DNA of 64,000 nucleotides from Escherichia coli (GTDB lineage Bacteria; Pseudomonadota; Gammaproteobacteria; Enterobacterales; Enterobacteriaceae): NCBI RefSeq assembly GCF_048403405.1, contig NZ_CP183129.1; one strand, 5' to 3'. Shown piece by piece: positions 8,584 to 20,583 of this stretch (position 1 is its first letter; each line of letters starts with the position of its first letter). The notes under the pieces were generated by a model. It saw only the letters and a program-made list of their open reading frames with translations, ran no database searches and was not told where the DNA came from. The position numbers and the translations under genes were made by a program.

Positions 8584-10774
8584 ATGTTTGTGGAGCATAA
8601 CCTGATAAAAAATATCAAGATATTCACACTAGCGTTTACGCTCACCGTGGTACTTATTCAGCTATCCCGTTTTATTTCGCCACTTGCCATTATCCATTCC
8701 AGTTATATCTTTCTGGCGTGGATGCCACTGTGCGTAATGCTGTCAATCTTGTTTATCTTTGGCTGGCGCGGTGTCGTTCCCGTTTTATGCGGGATGTTTT
8801 GCACCAATCTGTGGAACTTTCATCTCTCTTTTTTACAGACCGCGGTCATGCTCGGCAGCCAGACGTTTGTTGTGTTGTGTGCCTGCGCAATATTACGCTG
8901 GCAGCTGGGGACGCGTTGGCGTTATGGATTGACCAGCCGATATGTCTGGCAACGTCTTTTCTGGCTTGGTTTGGTGACGCCGATCGGCATCAAATGCAGC
9001 ATGTATCTTGTGGGGAGCTTTTTTGATTTCCCGCTAAAGATATCCACCTTTTTCGGCGATGCGGATGCCATTTTCACAGTCGTTGATTTACTAAGCCTTT
9101 TCACCGCTGTGCTGATTTACAACATGCTTTTCTACTATCTCACTCGCATGATTGTAAGTCCCCACTTTGCGCAGATATTGTGGCGCAGGGATATCGCTCC
9201 GTCGTTGAGCAAAGAGAAACGCGCATTTACCTTAAGCTGGCTGGCAGCTCTTAGCGTGCTGCTACTTCTGATGTGCACACCGTATGAGAATGACTTTATT
9301 GCCGGTTACCTGGTACCTGTTTTCTTTATCATCTTTACCCTCGGTGTCGGTAAGCTTCGCTATCCGTTTTTAAATCTCACCTGGGCTGTTTCAACGCTTT
9401 GCCTGCTGAATTACAACCAGAACTTTTTGCAAGGGGTACTAACCGAATATTCGCTGGCATTTATTCTCGCGGTGCTGATTTCCTTTAGCGTTTGCCTGCT
9501 CTATATGGTGCGCATTTATCATCGCAGTGAATGGCTTAATCGCCGCTGGCATTTGCAGGCGCTGACCGATCCGTTAACGCTCCTACCCAACTTTCGTGCG
9601 TTAGAACAAGCGCCGGAGCAAGAGGCGGGCAAGAGTTTTTGCTGCCTGCGCATTGATAATCTTGAGTTTATGAGTCGTCATTACGGCTTAATGATGCGCG
9701 TTCACTGTATCCGATCAATTTACCGTACGCTGCTGCCGTTGATGCAGGAAAACGAAAAGTTGTATCAATTGCCGGGTAGTGAACTGCTGTTAGTACTGAG
9801 TGGACCGGAAACGGAAGGGCGACTCCAGCATATGGTTAACATCCTGAATAGTCGGCAAATTCACTGGAACAATACCGGGCTGGATATGGGCTATGGTGCT
9901 GCCTGGGGGGCGTTTTGATGGAAATCAGGAAACCCTGCAACCCTTGTTGGGGCAGTTAAGCTGGCTGGCGGAGCAATCCTGCGCACATCATCATGTGCTG
10001 GCGCTGGATAGCAGAGAGGAGATGGTTTCCGGGCAGACCACTAAACAGGTGCTATTGCTGAATACCATTCGTACGGCGTTAGATCAGGGTGATTTGCTGC
10101 TCTACGCCCAGCCAATTCGCAACAAAGAGGGTGAAGGTTATGATGAGATCCTCGCGCGACTGAAATATGACGGCGGCATTATGACCCCGGATAAGTTTCT
10201 GCCCCTTATTGCTCAGTTTAACCTTAGCGCGCGTTTTGATTTGCAAGTGCTGGAATCCCTGTTGAAGTGGCTGGCAACACATCCTTGCGACAAAAAAGGC
10301 CCGCGCTTTTCAGTCAATTTAATGCCGCTCACGCTGCTGCAAAAGAATATTGCCGGGCGGATTATTCGTCTGTTTAAGCGTTATCACATCTCCCCGCAGG
10401 CGGTCATTCTTGAGATCACCGAGGAGCAGGCGTTTTCTAACGCAGAAAGCAGCATGTACAACATCGAGCAACTGCATAAGTTTGGTTTCCGGATTGCGAT
10501 TGATGACTTTGGCACCGGTTATGCCAACTACGAACGGTTAAAGCGTTTGCAGGCTGATATCATCAAAATTGATGGCGTCTTTGTGAAAGATATCGTCACG
10601 AATACGCTGGATGCGATGATTGTGAGATCAATTACCGATCTGGCGAAAGCGAAGTCATTGAGTGTGGTCGCGGAGTTTGTCGAGACGCAACAGCAGCAGG
10701 CGCTATTGCATAAGCTCGGGGTGCAATATCTGCAAGGGTATTTGATTGGTCGCCCGCAGCCATTAGCTGATTAA
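8584..10774 (+). pseudogene. pdeA: c-di-GMP phosphodiesterase PdeA (MASE1 - degenerate GGDEF - EAL), interrupted by a +1 frameshift
   Basis: Two overlapping ORFs (to 9918; from 9893) that together give the 729-aa MASE1/EAL protein (EAL motif EITEEQAF, DDFGTGYANY); frames change inside a G6 run at 9905-9910. Confidence 0.75.
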
Positions 10775-10781
10775 CAGGCGT

Positions 10782-10813
10782 AAAAAAGCCGGGGAATGAT
10801 CCCCGGCTTTTTT
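10782..10813. terminator. Bidirectional intrinsic terminator between pdeA and nupC
   Basis: aaaaaagccgggga...tccccggctttttt hairpin with A-run and T-run on either side. Confidence 0.55.
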
Positions 10814-10823
10814 ATGTATGGTT

Positions 10824-12026
10824 TTACAGCACCAGTGCTGCGATTGACGCAGACAGCACACTCACCAGGGTAGAGCCGTAAACCAGTTTCAGACCGAAGC
10901 GAGAAACCACGTTACCTTGCTCTTCATTCAGGCCTTTAACTGCACCGGCGATAATCCCGATTGAAGAGAAGTTAGCGAAGGAAACCAGGAACACAGAGAT
11001 GATGCCTTCAGCACGCGGAGAGAGTGTAGAGGCAATTTTCTGCAGATCCATCATCGCAACGAACTCGTTGGAAACCAGTTTGGTCGCCATGATACTGCCC
11101 ACTTGCAGTGCTTCACTGGAAGGAACACCCATCACCCATGCAATCGGATAGAAGATGTAGCCCAGGATGCCCTGGAAGGAGATGCTGTAGCCAAACCAGC
11201 CAGTCACGGTGGCAAACAGTGCGTTCAGCGCGGCGATCAGGGCGATAAAGCCGATCAGCATCGCGGCAACGATAATGGCAACTTTGAAACCTGCCAGAAT
11301 GTATTCACCCAGCATTTCGAAGAAGCTCTGACCTTCGTGCAGGTTGGACATCTGAATGTTTTCTTCACTGGCATCAACACGGTAAGGGTTGATCAGCGAC
11401 AGCACGATAAAGGTGCTGAACATGTTCAGTACCAGCGCCGCAACGACATATTTCGGCTCCAGCATCGTCATGTATGCACCAACGATGGACATAGATACGG
11501 TGGACATCGCCGTTGCTGCCATGGTGTACATACGATTGCGGGAGATTTTGCCGAGGATGTCTTTATAGGCAATAAAGTTTTCAGACTGACCCAGAATCAG
11601 GGAGCTGACGGCGTTAAAGGATTCCAGTTTGCCCATGCCGTTGACTTTGGAGAGCAGGAAACCAATTGCGCGGATAATCACCGGCAACACGCGAATGTGC
11701 TGGAGAATACCGATCAATGCAGAGATAAAGACGATTGGGCACAGCACTTTCAGGAAGAAGAATGCCAGGCCTTGATCATTCATGCTACCAAAGACGAAGT
11801 TAGTCCCTTCGTTGGCAAATCCGAGCAGTTTTTCGAACATTTCGGAGAAGCCTTTCACGAAGCCTAAACCAACGTCGGAGTTCAGGAAGAACCACGCCAG
11901 TAACACTTCGATAACAAGCAGTTGAATAACATAACGGATACGAATTTTTTTGCGGTCGCTGCTTACCAGCAGTGCGAGAATCGCAACAACGGCAAGTGCC
12001 AGTACAAAATGAAGGACGCGGTCCAT
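10824..12026 (-). CDS. nupC: Nucleoside:H+ symporter NupC
   Basis: 400-aa polytopic membrane protein starting [17 protein letters not shown]...; CNT-family features; the ORF-track start 42 nt upstream is probably not used. Confidence 0.9.
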
Positions 12027-12295
12027 ATTTGCTCCAAATATGAGGCAGGTTAAATTTCCGTGCACATTCTATGTAACATGGTTAAGGAAAACGAGATCTG
12101 ACACACACTATAATGACGTCCTGTGACAAGCTTCAAAAATAGTGAGCTGTCATACATTTCTGCTATGTTGTGTATGGAAGCTGAAAGTTATGTAAATGTG
12201 CTAACATTAAACATAACCATAACATTCAAGTCATCAATCTTTTCGTAGTCATAATCCTGGTCTATCAGAGAAATCACCACAACCCATTTAAATGG

Positions 12296-12314
12296 ATTTG
12301 ATAATCATTCTCGT
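12296..12314 (+). promoter_or_regulatory. Fur-box-like sequence in the mntH promoter
   Basis: tgataatcattctc resembles the GATAATGATAATCATTATC Fur consensus. Confidence 0.3.
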
Positions 12315-12327
12315 TTGGCATAGCATG

Positions 12328-12349
12328 AAACATAGCAAAGGCTATGTTT
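12328..12349 (+). promoter_or_regulatory. MntR operator (inverted repeat) upstream of mntH
   Basis: Perfect palindrome aaacatagc-aaag-gctatgttt 13 nt upstream of the mntH start. Confidence 0.6.
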
Positions 12350-12352
12350 TAG

Positions 12353-13600
<1,248 letters not shown>

Positions 13601-13626
13601 TTGAATGAGCGTCGCATCTGGCACTA

Positions 13627-13718
13627 TTGGCGGATGCGGCGTAAAACGCCTTATCCGCCCTACGCGTTAAAGAGACGGTTTGTAGGCCTGACAAGACGCG
13701 CTAGCGTCGCATCAGGCA
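13627..13718. repeat. REP/BIME-type repetitive extragenic palindromes (two copies, inverted)
   Basis: ggcggatgcggcgtaaaacgccttatccgccctac and inverted tgtaggcctgacaagacgcgctagcgtcgcatcaggca match the E. coli REP consensus. Confidence 0.5.
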
Positions 13719-13741
13719 TTGTGCTCCATTGGCGAATGTGT

Positions 13742-14068
13742 TTAATGGCGGTGTCCATGTCCGCGGCCTTTTCCGCGATGATCGTCACGATCGCGCCAGC
13801 CTTCACGATAGCCACGCTCATACGCTTTACGCTTATCCCAGCCACGGTGGTAGCCATTATCATGACGCCACCAGCGGTTCTTACGCCATTCATAATTGCG
13901 ATGCCAGTAGTCACGGTCGCGCCAGTGACCACCGTCCCAGTAATTGCCGTAATGATCGCGATCGCCAATTTGTAATTTGATTGATGGCAGTAGGGTGATT
14001 TCACCTGCGTTTGCCGCAAGCGGGGTAAATGCCATCAGGGCGGCCGCCAGAAACAGTGACCTGAACAT
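13742..14068 (-). CDS. ypeC: YpeC (DUF2502) secreted small protein
   Basis: 108-aa ORF with signal peptide ([21 protein letters not shown]) and W/R/D/H-rich repeats. Confidence 0.8.
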
Positions 14069-14182
14069 TGTTATTCTCCTTCACGATCGAAGCCGTCAGC
14101 GGCCTGTTAACGCAATATTACGGGGAGGTAAAGCCCCGTATCATCGCCATAACTCTTAAATCATAAAGGAGAGCATTTTTTG

Positions 14183-15439
14183 CTAAACGTTATCGTGGGG
14201 TGGCTGTTGCTTCGGACGATTGACCATCATCATCGGCTTACCTGCTAATAACAGCCATGCCGGAAGCATGACGATACAGAGCAGCGGTAGCAATGTGGTA
14301 TTGGGTACAACGACTGCCGCCATAAAAAGACTTAACCAGCCATCGCGTGTTACCACCAGCACGATGCCGAGAATAGCGCAGGAAACGGTTATTGCCGCTG
14401 GAACGGCGGGGACGTGCTCATGCAGCATCAACCCTAATGCCACGCCGACAAACACTGCCGGGAAGATTCGTCCACCGCGAAAGCCACTGGCGGCAGCAAC
14501 GACCAGGGCGGCAAGTTTAATCACCGCCAGCAAAAAGTAATCGCTGGTGCTGAAAGCCTGATTTGCCACCATCTGCTGCATCTCATCCAGCCCTTTAAAC
14601 AGCGAAACTGGTCCACCCATAACCCCCAGAATACCGAGAATAAATCCGCCAATACCCAGCACGAGCACCGGATTTTTCATTTGATGCATCATCGCGTGCA
14701 ACCGTGGTAAGCACCATACGGCGACCATCCCTGCTGCGATGGCAATCGCCGCGACAATTGCACCACTGAGAATATCGGTCATTTGCATCTGTCCGTAATG
14801 CGCAATGGGCAGTGAAAAATGAGGATGGAAAAATATTCCGGTAGTAAGTGCACCAGCTGCTGCCGCCATTAACGGCGCAAAAAGACGATCCCATAGCGGA
14901 ACTTCACTACTGCCATTTAAGGTTTGCGAAAATATCAACGCCGCCGCAACAGGTGTGCCAAACAGCGCGCCGATGGTTCCGGCAGAGGCTAAAATAGTCC
15001 ACTCCATTCGGTTGACGCGCGGTAACAGACGAGCGCCAATGGCAACCGCAAGGGCGATATTGACGGTCATGATCGGATGTTCCGGCCCCAGGCTGACGCC
15101 GCCAGCAAGACCGAGAATTAATGCTACGATAAGTCCAGGTAGCGCAGAGGGCGGAACCGGTGCGCCGATCAGCGGTTCACAGGCGGGGTCTGGTCCGGCA
15201 TGACCCTGGCTGAAACGGATAACCAACCCCACCGCAATACCCGTTAGCGTTAATACACCGATGATCCAGAGGGGGGAATCCTGGGCTATCCCCAGAGTTC
15301 CCGGCAGTCGTTGCCAGAGCAAATTCTGTAATACCGAGGCGATTTTCATCACCACAATCAGAATAAGACTGGACGCAATCCCAATTGCCACGGCGGGGAG
15401 CGATAATAACAACATGGTTCTGGCTCGCGGATGGAGCAT
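14183..15439 (-). CDS. yfeO: YfeO, ClC-family ion channel-like membrane protein
   Basis: 418-aa polytopic membrane protein, Gly/Ala-rich helices. Confidence 0.8.
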   Translation of the reverse strand: MLHPRARTMLLLSLPAVAIGIASSLILIVVMKIASVLQNLLWQRLPGTLGIAQDSPLWIIGVLTLTGIAVGLVIRFSQGHAGPDPACEPLIGAPVPPSALPGLIVALILGLAGGVSLGPEHPIMTVNIALAVAIGARLLPRVNRMEWTILASAGTIGALFGTPVAAALIFSQTLNGSSEVPLWDRLFAPLMAAAAGALTTGIFFHPHFSLPIAHYGQMQMTDILSGAIVAAIAIAAGMVAVWCLPRLHAMMHQMKNPVLVLGIGGFILGILGVMGGPVSLFKGLDEMQQMVANQAFSTSDYFLLAVIKLAALVVAAASGFRGGRIFPAVFVGVALGLMLHEHVPAVPAAITVSCAILGIVLVVTRDGWLSLFMAAVVVPNTTLLPLLCIVMLPAWLLLAGKPMMMVNRPKQQPPHDNV

Positions 15440-15642
15440 GTTCTATTCCTTATGCGGGGTCAGATACTTAGTTTGCCCAGCTTGCAAAAAGGCATCGCTG
15501 CAATTGGTGCTGAAACGATAAAGTAATTGTGTGACCCAGATCGATATTTACAGGGAGCCTGCCTTTCTGGCGTTGTTGTTATGCCCCCAGGTATTTACAG
15601 TGTGAGAAAGAATTATTTTGACTTTAGCGGAGCAGTTGAAGA

Positions 15643-16608
15643 ATGACAAAGTATGCATTAGTCGGTGATGTGGGCGGCACCAACGCACGTCTTGCTCTGT
15701 GTGATATTGCCAGTGGTGAAATCTCGCAGGCTAAGACCTATTCAGGGCTTGATTACCCCAGCCTCGAAGCGGTCATTCGCGTTTATCTTGAAGAACAGAA
15801 GGTCGAGGTGAAAGACGGCTGTATTGCCATCGCTTGCCCAATTACCGGTGACTGGGTGGCAATGACCAACCATACCTGGGCGTTCTCAATTGCCGAAATG
15901 AAAAAGAATCTCGGTTTTAGCCATCTGGAAATTATTAACGATTTTACCGCTGTATCGATGGCGATCCCGATGCTGAAAAAAGAGCATCTGATTCAGTTTG
16001 GTGGCGCAGAACCGGTCGAAGGTAAGCCTATTGCGGTTTACGGTGCCGGAACGGGGCTTGGGGTTGCGCATCTGGTCCATGTCGATAAGCGTTGGGTAAG
16101 CTTGCCAGGCGAAGGCGGTCACGTTGATTTTGCGCCGAACAGTGAAGAAGAGGCCATTATCCTCGAAATATTGCGTGCGGAAATTGGTCATGTTTCGGCA
16201 GAGCGCGTGCTTTCTGGCCCAGGACTGGTGAATTTGTATCGCGCAATTGTTAAAGCCGACAACCGCCTGCCAGAAAATCTCAAGCCAAAAGATATTACCG
16301 AACGCGCGCTGGCTGACAGCTGCACCGATTGCCGCCGTGCGTTGTCGCTGTTTTGCGTCATTATGGGCCGTTTTGGCGGCAATCTGGCGCTCAATCTCGG
16401 GACATTTGGCGGCGTGTTTATTGCGGGTGGTATCGTGCCACGTTTCCTTGAGTTCTTCAAAGCCTCCGGTTTCCGTGCCGCATTTGAAGATAAAGGGCGC
16501 TTTAAAGAATATGTCCATGATATTCCGGTGTATCTCATCGTCCATGACAATCCGGGCCTTCTCGGTTCCGGCGCACATTTACGCCAGACCTTAGGCCACA
16601 TTCTGTAA
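15643..16608 (+). CDS. glk: Glucokinase
   Basis: 321-aa [22 protein letters not shown]... (ROK/glucokinase ATP-binding N-terminus). Confidence 0.95.
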   Translation: MTKYALVGDVGGTNARLALCDIASGEISQAKTYSGLDYPSLEAVIRVYLEEQKVEVKDGCIAIACPITGDWVAMTNHTWAFSIAEMKKNLGFSHLEIINDFTAVSMAIPMLKKEHLIQFGGAEPVEGKPIAVYGAGTGLGVAHLVHVDKRWVSLPGEGGHVDFAPNSEEEAIILEILRAEIGHVSAERVLSGPGLVNLYRAIVKADNRLPENLKPKDITERALADSCTDCRRALSLFCVIMGRFGGNLALNLGTFGGVFIAGGIVPRFLEFFKASGFRAAFEDKGRFKEYVHDIPVYLIVHDNPGLLGSGAHLRQTLGHIL

Positions 16609-16622
16609 CTACTTCCTGTTAT

Positions 16623-16650
16623 ATCGGGAGGTAACTCTCCCGATAATCTT
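16623..16650 (+). terminator. Terminator-like hairpin after glk
   Basis: atcgggag-gtaa-ctcccgat stem followed by aatctttt. Confidence 0.45.
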
Positions 16651-16826
16651 TTAAATCATACAGTTAATTCAATTTTCCTTTGTGTCCCCTCACAAGGCCG
16701 ACCTGCGTCACACTTCCGTGCAGCGGGATTAATTCTCCAGTAAATGCATTATTTGTCTGGTAACGGCGATTTGTTTTGCACGTTCATAATTTCACTCGTC
16801 AACTATCACCGAACGAGGAATTAATG

Positions 16827-17153
16827 ATGAGTAAGAAACTGATTGCCTTATGTGCCTGCCCAATGGGCCTGGCTCACACCTTTATGGCCGCTCAGGCGCT
16901 GGAAGAAGCGGCGGTAGAAGCAGGCTATGAAGTAAAAATTGAAACCCAGGGTGCGGACGGTATCCAGAACCGTCTGACGGCGCAGGATATCGCCGAAGCG
17001 ACCATCATCATCCACTCCGTGGCGGTTACCCCGGAAGATAACGAACGCTTCGAATCACGCGACGTTTATGAAATCACTTTGCAGGACGCAATTAAAAACG
17101 CTGCGGGCATCATCAAAGAAATCGAAGAGATGATTGCCTCTGAACAACAGTAA
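16827..17153 (+). CDS. fryB: PTS fructose-like EIIB component
   Basis: 108-aa protein MSKKLIALCACPMGLAHTFMAA (Cys phosphorylation site motif). Confidence 0.8.
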   Translation: MSKKLIALCACPMGLAHTFMAAQALEEAAVEAGYEVKIETQGADGIQNRLTAQDIAEATIIIHSVAVTPEDNERFESRDVYEITLQDAIKNAAGIIKEIEEMIASEQQ

Positions 17154-17174
17154 TATTCGACAGGGATAATTGTT

Positions 17175-18422
17175 ATGGCCATTAAAAAACGCAGTGCAAC
17201 CGTTGTGCCTGGCGCATCCGGTGCGGCAGCGGCAGTTAAGAATCCGCAGGCCTCTAAAAGCAGCTTCTGGGGTGAACTCCCGCAGCATGTGATGTCAGGG
17301 ATTTCACGCATGGTGCCGACCTTAATTATGGGCGGTGTGATCCTCGCTTTCAGCCAGCTGATTGCTTATAGCTGGCTTAAAATTCCTGCTGATATCGGCA
17401 TCATGGATGCTCTTAATAGCGGGAAATTCTCCGGTTTCGACCTTTCCTTATTGAAATTTGCCTGGCTGTCGCAGTCCTTCGGCGGCGTGTTGTTTGGTTT
17501 CGCCATTCCGATGTTTGCCGCTTTTGTGGCGAACTCTATCGGCGGCAAACTGGCGTTCCCGGCTGGTTTTATCGGCGGCTTGATGTCTACCCAGCCGACG
17601 CAACTACTGAACTTCGATCCCAGCACTATGCAATGGGCGACCTCTTCGCCGGTGCCGTCCACCTTCATTGGCGCTCTGATTATTTCTATCGTTGCCGGTT
17701 ACCTTGTGAAGTGGATGAACCAGAAAATCCAGTTACCGGATTTCCTGTTAGCGTTCAAAACCACATTTTTGCTACCGATTCTTTCCGCCATTTTTGTCAT
17801 GCTGGCGATGTACTACGTCATCACCCCCTTTGGTGGCTGGATCAACGGCGGTATCCGTACCGTGCTGACTGCCGCAGGTGAGAAGGGCGCGCTGATGTAC
17901 GCGATGGGGATCGCCGCGGCGACAGCAATCGACCTTGGTGGCCCGATCAACAAAGCAGCTGGTTTCGTTGCCTTCAGCTTTACCACTGACCACGTATTAC
18001 CGGTTACCGCGCGTTCCATCGCTATTGTTATTCCGCCGATTGGTCTGGGTCTGGCGACCATTATCGACCGCCGTTTAACCGGCAAACGTCTGTTCAGTGC
18101 TCAGCTTTATCCGCAGGGTAAAACCGCCATGTTCCTGGCGTTTATGGGGATCAGTGAGGGTGCGATTCCGTTTGCGCTGGAAAGCCCCATCACCGCCATT
18201 CCGTCCTATATGGTTGGCGCGATTGTCGGCTCAACCGCCGCTGTCTGGCTGGGCGCAGTGCAATGGTTCCCGGAATCCGCTATCTGGGCGTGGCCGCTGG
18301 TCACTAACCTGGGCGTCTATATGGCGGGGATCGCGCTGGGAGCTGTCATTACTGCGCTGATGGTGGTGTTCCTGCGTCTGATGATGTTCCGTAAAGGCAA
18401 ATTGTTAATCGATAGCCTGTAA
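17175..18422 (+). CDS. fryC: PTS fructose-like EIIC component
   Basis: 415-aa polytopic membrane protein directly downstream of EIIB. Confidence 0.85.
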   Translation: MAIKKRSATVVPGASGAAAAVKNPQASKSSFWGELPQHVMSGISRMVPTLIMGGVILAFSQLIAYSWLKIPADIGIMDALNSGKFSGFDLSLLKFAWLSQSFGGVLFGFAIPMFAAFVANSIGGKLAFPAGFIGGLMSTQPTQLLNFDPSTMQWATSSPVPSTFIGALIISIVAGYLVKWMNQKIQLPDFLLAFKTTFLLPILSAIFVMLAMYYVITPFGGWINGGIRTVLTAAGEKGALMYAMGIAAATAIDLGGPINKAAGFVAFSFTTDHVLPVTARSIAIVIPPIGLGLATIIDRRLTGKRLFSAQLYPQGKTAMFLAFMGISEGAIPFALESPITAIPSYMVGAIVGSTAAVWLGAVQWFPESAIWAWPLVTNLGVYMAGIALGAVITALMVVFLRLMMFRKGKLLIDSL

Positions 18423-18436
18423 GAAGGAAAATCCAG

Positions 18437-19522
18437 ATGACATTACTCGCTTCGCTGCGCGACTGGCTTAAGGCGCAACAACTGGATGCGGTGCTTCTCT
18501 CCTCACGGCAGAACAAACAGCCGCATCTGGGGATCTCCACCGGATCAGGCTATGTGGTGATTAGCCGTGAAAGTGCGCACATTCTGGTGGACTCGCGCTA
18601 TTACGCGGATGTAGAAGCCCGTACGCAAGGCTACCAGCTGCATTTGCTTGACGCGACGCACACGCTTGCAACCATCGTCAGGCAAATCATTGCCGATGAG
18701 AAGTTGCAAACGCTCGGTTTTGAAGGCCAGCAGGTGAGTTGGGAAACCGCGCACCGCTGGCAGTCTGAACTCAATGCGAAACTGGTAAGCGCCACGCCGG
18801 ATGTGCTGCGGCAAATCAAAACGCCAGAGGAGGTGGAGAAAATCCGCCTCGCCTGTGGGATTGCCGATCGCGGTGCAGAGCATATTCGCCGCTTTATTCA
18901 GGCGGGGATGAGCGAGCGCGAGATAGCCGCTGAACTGGAGTGGTTTATGCGCCAGCAGGGCGCAGAAAAAGCCTCTTTCGATACCATTGTCGCCAGCGGC
19001 TGGCGTGGTGCGCTACCGCACGGGAAAGCCAGCGACAAGATTGTCGCAGCGGGCGAGTTTGTCACTCTCGATTTCGGTGCGCTCAATCAGGGCTATTGCT
19101 CTGATATGACGCGCACCTTGCTGGTGAATGGCGAAGGGGTGAGCGCCGAATCTCACCCGCTGTTTAACGTCTATCAAATTGTCCTGCAGGCACAGCTCGC
19201 AGCAATCTCCGCGATTCGCCCCGGCGTGCGCTGCCAGCAGGTTGACGATGCCGCGCGCCGGGTCATTACAGAAGCAGGTTATGGCGACTATTTCGGTCAT
19301 AACACCGGTCACGCTATCGGCATTGAAGTCCATGAAGATCCGCGTTTTTCACCGCGGGACACCACGACGCTACAGCCAGGCATGTTGCTGACCGTGGAGC
19401 CGGGGATTTATTTGCCAGGGCAAGGGGGCGTGCGCATCGAAGATGTTGTGCTGGTTACCCCGCAAGGCGCAGAAGTGCTCTACGCCATGCCGAAAACAGT
19501 GTTGCTCACGGGAGAGGCATAA
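18437..19522 (+). CDS. ypdF: Xaa-Pro aminopeptidase (M24 family)
   Basis: 361-aa ORF with M24 metal-binding motifs ([18 protein letters not shown]). Confidence 0.85.
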   Translation: MTLLASLRDWLKAQQLDAVLLSSRQNKQPHLGISTGSGYVVISRESAHILVDSRYYADVEARTQGYQLHLLDATHTLATIVRQIIADEKLQTLGFEGQQVSWETAHRWQSELNAKLVSATPDVLRQIKTPEEVEKIRLACGIADRGAEHIRRFIQAGMSEREIAAELEWFMRQQGAEKASFDTIVASGWRGALPHGKASDKIVAAGEFVTLDFGALNQGYCSDMTRTLLVNGEGVSAESHPLFNVYQIVLQAQLAAISAIRPGVRCQQVDDAARRVITEAGYGDYFGHNTGHAIGIEVHEDPRFSPRDTTTLQPGMLLTVEPGIYLPGQGGVRIEDVVLVTPQGAEVLYAMPKTVLLTGEA

Positions 19523-20559
19523 TGGATTTATCGCTATTAAAAGCGTTGAGCGAGGCAGACGCGATCGCCTCCTCGGAACAGGAAGTGCGGCAGATCCTGC
19601 TGGAAGAAGCGGATCGCCTGCAAAAAGAAGTGCGATTTGACGGCCTGGGATCGGTGCTGATCCGCCTCAATGAATCGACAGGTCCGAAGGTGATGATCTG
19701 CGCGCATATGGATGAAGTGGGATTTATGGTGCGCAGCGTCTCCCGCGAAGGGGCGATTGATGTGCTGCCAGTTGGCAATGTGCGCATGGCTGCCCGCCAG
19801 CTGCAGTCGGTGCGGATCACTACCCGTGAAGAGTGCAAAATTCCCGGTCTGCTCGATGGCGAGCGGCAGGGGAATGACGTTAGCGCTATGCGCGTGGACA
19901 TTGGCGCGCGCTCGTATGACGAAGTGATGCAGGCAGGAATTCGTCCAGGCGATCGCGTCACGTTTGATACCACTTTTCAGGTTCTCCCTCACCAGCGGGT
20001 GATGGGGAAAGCCTTTGATGATCGCCTCGGTTGCTATCTGCTGGTGACGTTACTGCGCGAACTGCACGACGCCGAACTGCCTGCGGAAGTGTGGCTGGTG
20101 GCAAGTTCCAGCGAAGAGGTGGGATTACGCGGCGGGCAAACCGCCACCCGCGCGGTGTCGCCGGACGTCGCCATTGTGCTTGATACCGCCTGCTGGGCGA
20201 AAAACTTTGATTATGGCGCAGCTAACCATCGCCAGATTGGTAACGGGCCGATGCTGGTGTTAAGCGACAAGTCACTGATTGCGCCGCCAAAACTTACCGT
20301 CTGGATCGAAACCGTGGCGGCAGAAATTGGCGTGCCGTTACAGGCGGATATGTTCAGCAACGGCGGCACGGACGGTGGGGCGGTGCACTTAACCGGTACT
20401 GGCATACCAACAGTGGTGATGGGGCCAGCAACCCGCCACGGACATTGCGCCGCATCGATTGCCGATTGCCGCGACATTTTGCAGATGCAGCAGCTTTTAT
20501 CTGCCCTTATTCAACGTCTTACGCGTGAGACGGTTGTTCAACTGACGGATTTCAGATGA
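19522..20559 (+). CDS. ypdE: M42-family aminopeptidase
   Basis: 345-aa ORF; start overlaps the ypdF stop; M42 peptidase-like. Confidence 0.85.
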   Translation: MDLSLLKALSEADAIASSEQEVRQILLEEADRLQKEVRFDGLGSVLIRLNESTGPKVMICAHMDEVGFMVRSVSREGAIDVLPVGNVRMAARQLQSVRITTREECKIPGLLDGERQGNDVSAMRVDIGARSYDEVMQAGIRPGDRVTFDTTFQVLPHQRVMGKAFDDRLGCYLLVTLLRELHDAELPAEVWLVASSSEEVGLRGGQTATRAVSPDVAIVLDTACWAKNFDYGAANHRQIGNGPMLVLSDKSLIAPPKLTVWIETVAAEIGVPLQADMFSNGGTDGGAVHLTGTGIPTVVMGPATRHGHCAASIADCRDILQMQQLLSALIQRLTRETVVQLTDFR

Positions 20560-20583
20560 TCTCCTGATTAACCCGGAGCGGTT

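Noticed and set aside
11103..11867. 254-aa plus-strand ORF antisense to nupC
   Set aside because: Completely embedded in nupC; His/Gln/Asp-rich low-complexity translation typical of an antisense frame.
13601..14019. Overlapping ORFs spanning the mntH-ypeC intergenic region
   Set aside because: They run through REP/BIME palindromes and the ypeC gene in alternative frames; no independent support.
15886..16578. 230-aa and smaller minus-strand ORFs antisense to glk
   Set aside because: Embedded in the glucokinase gene, no ribosome-binding site or motifs.
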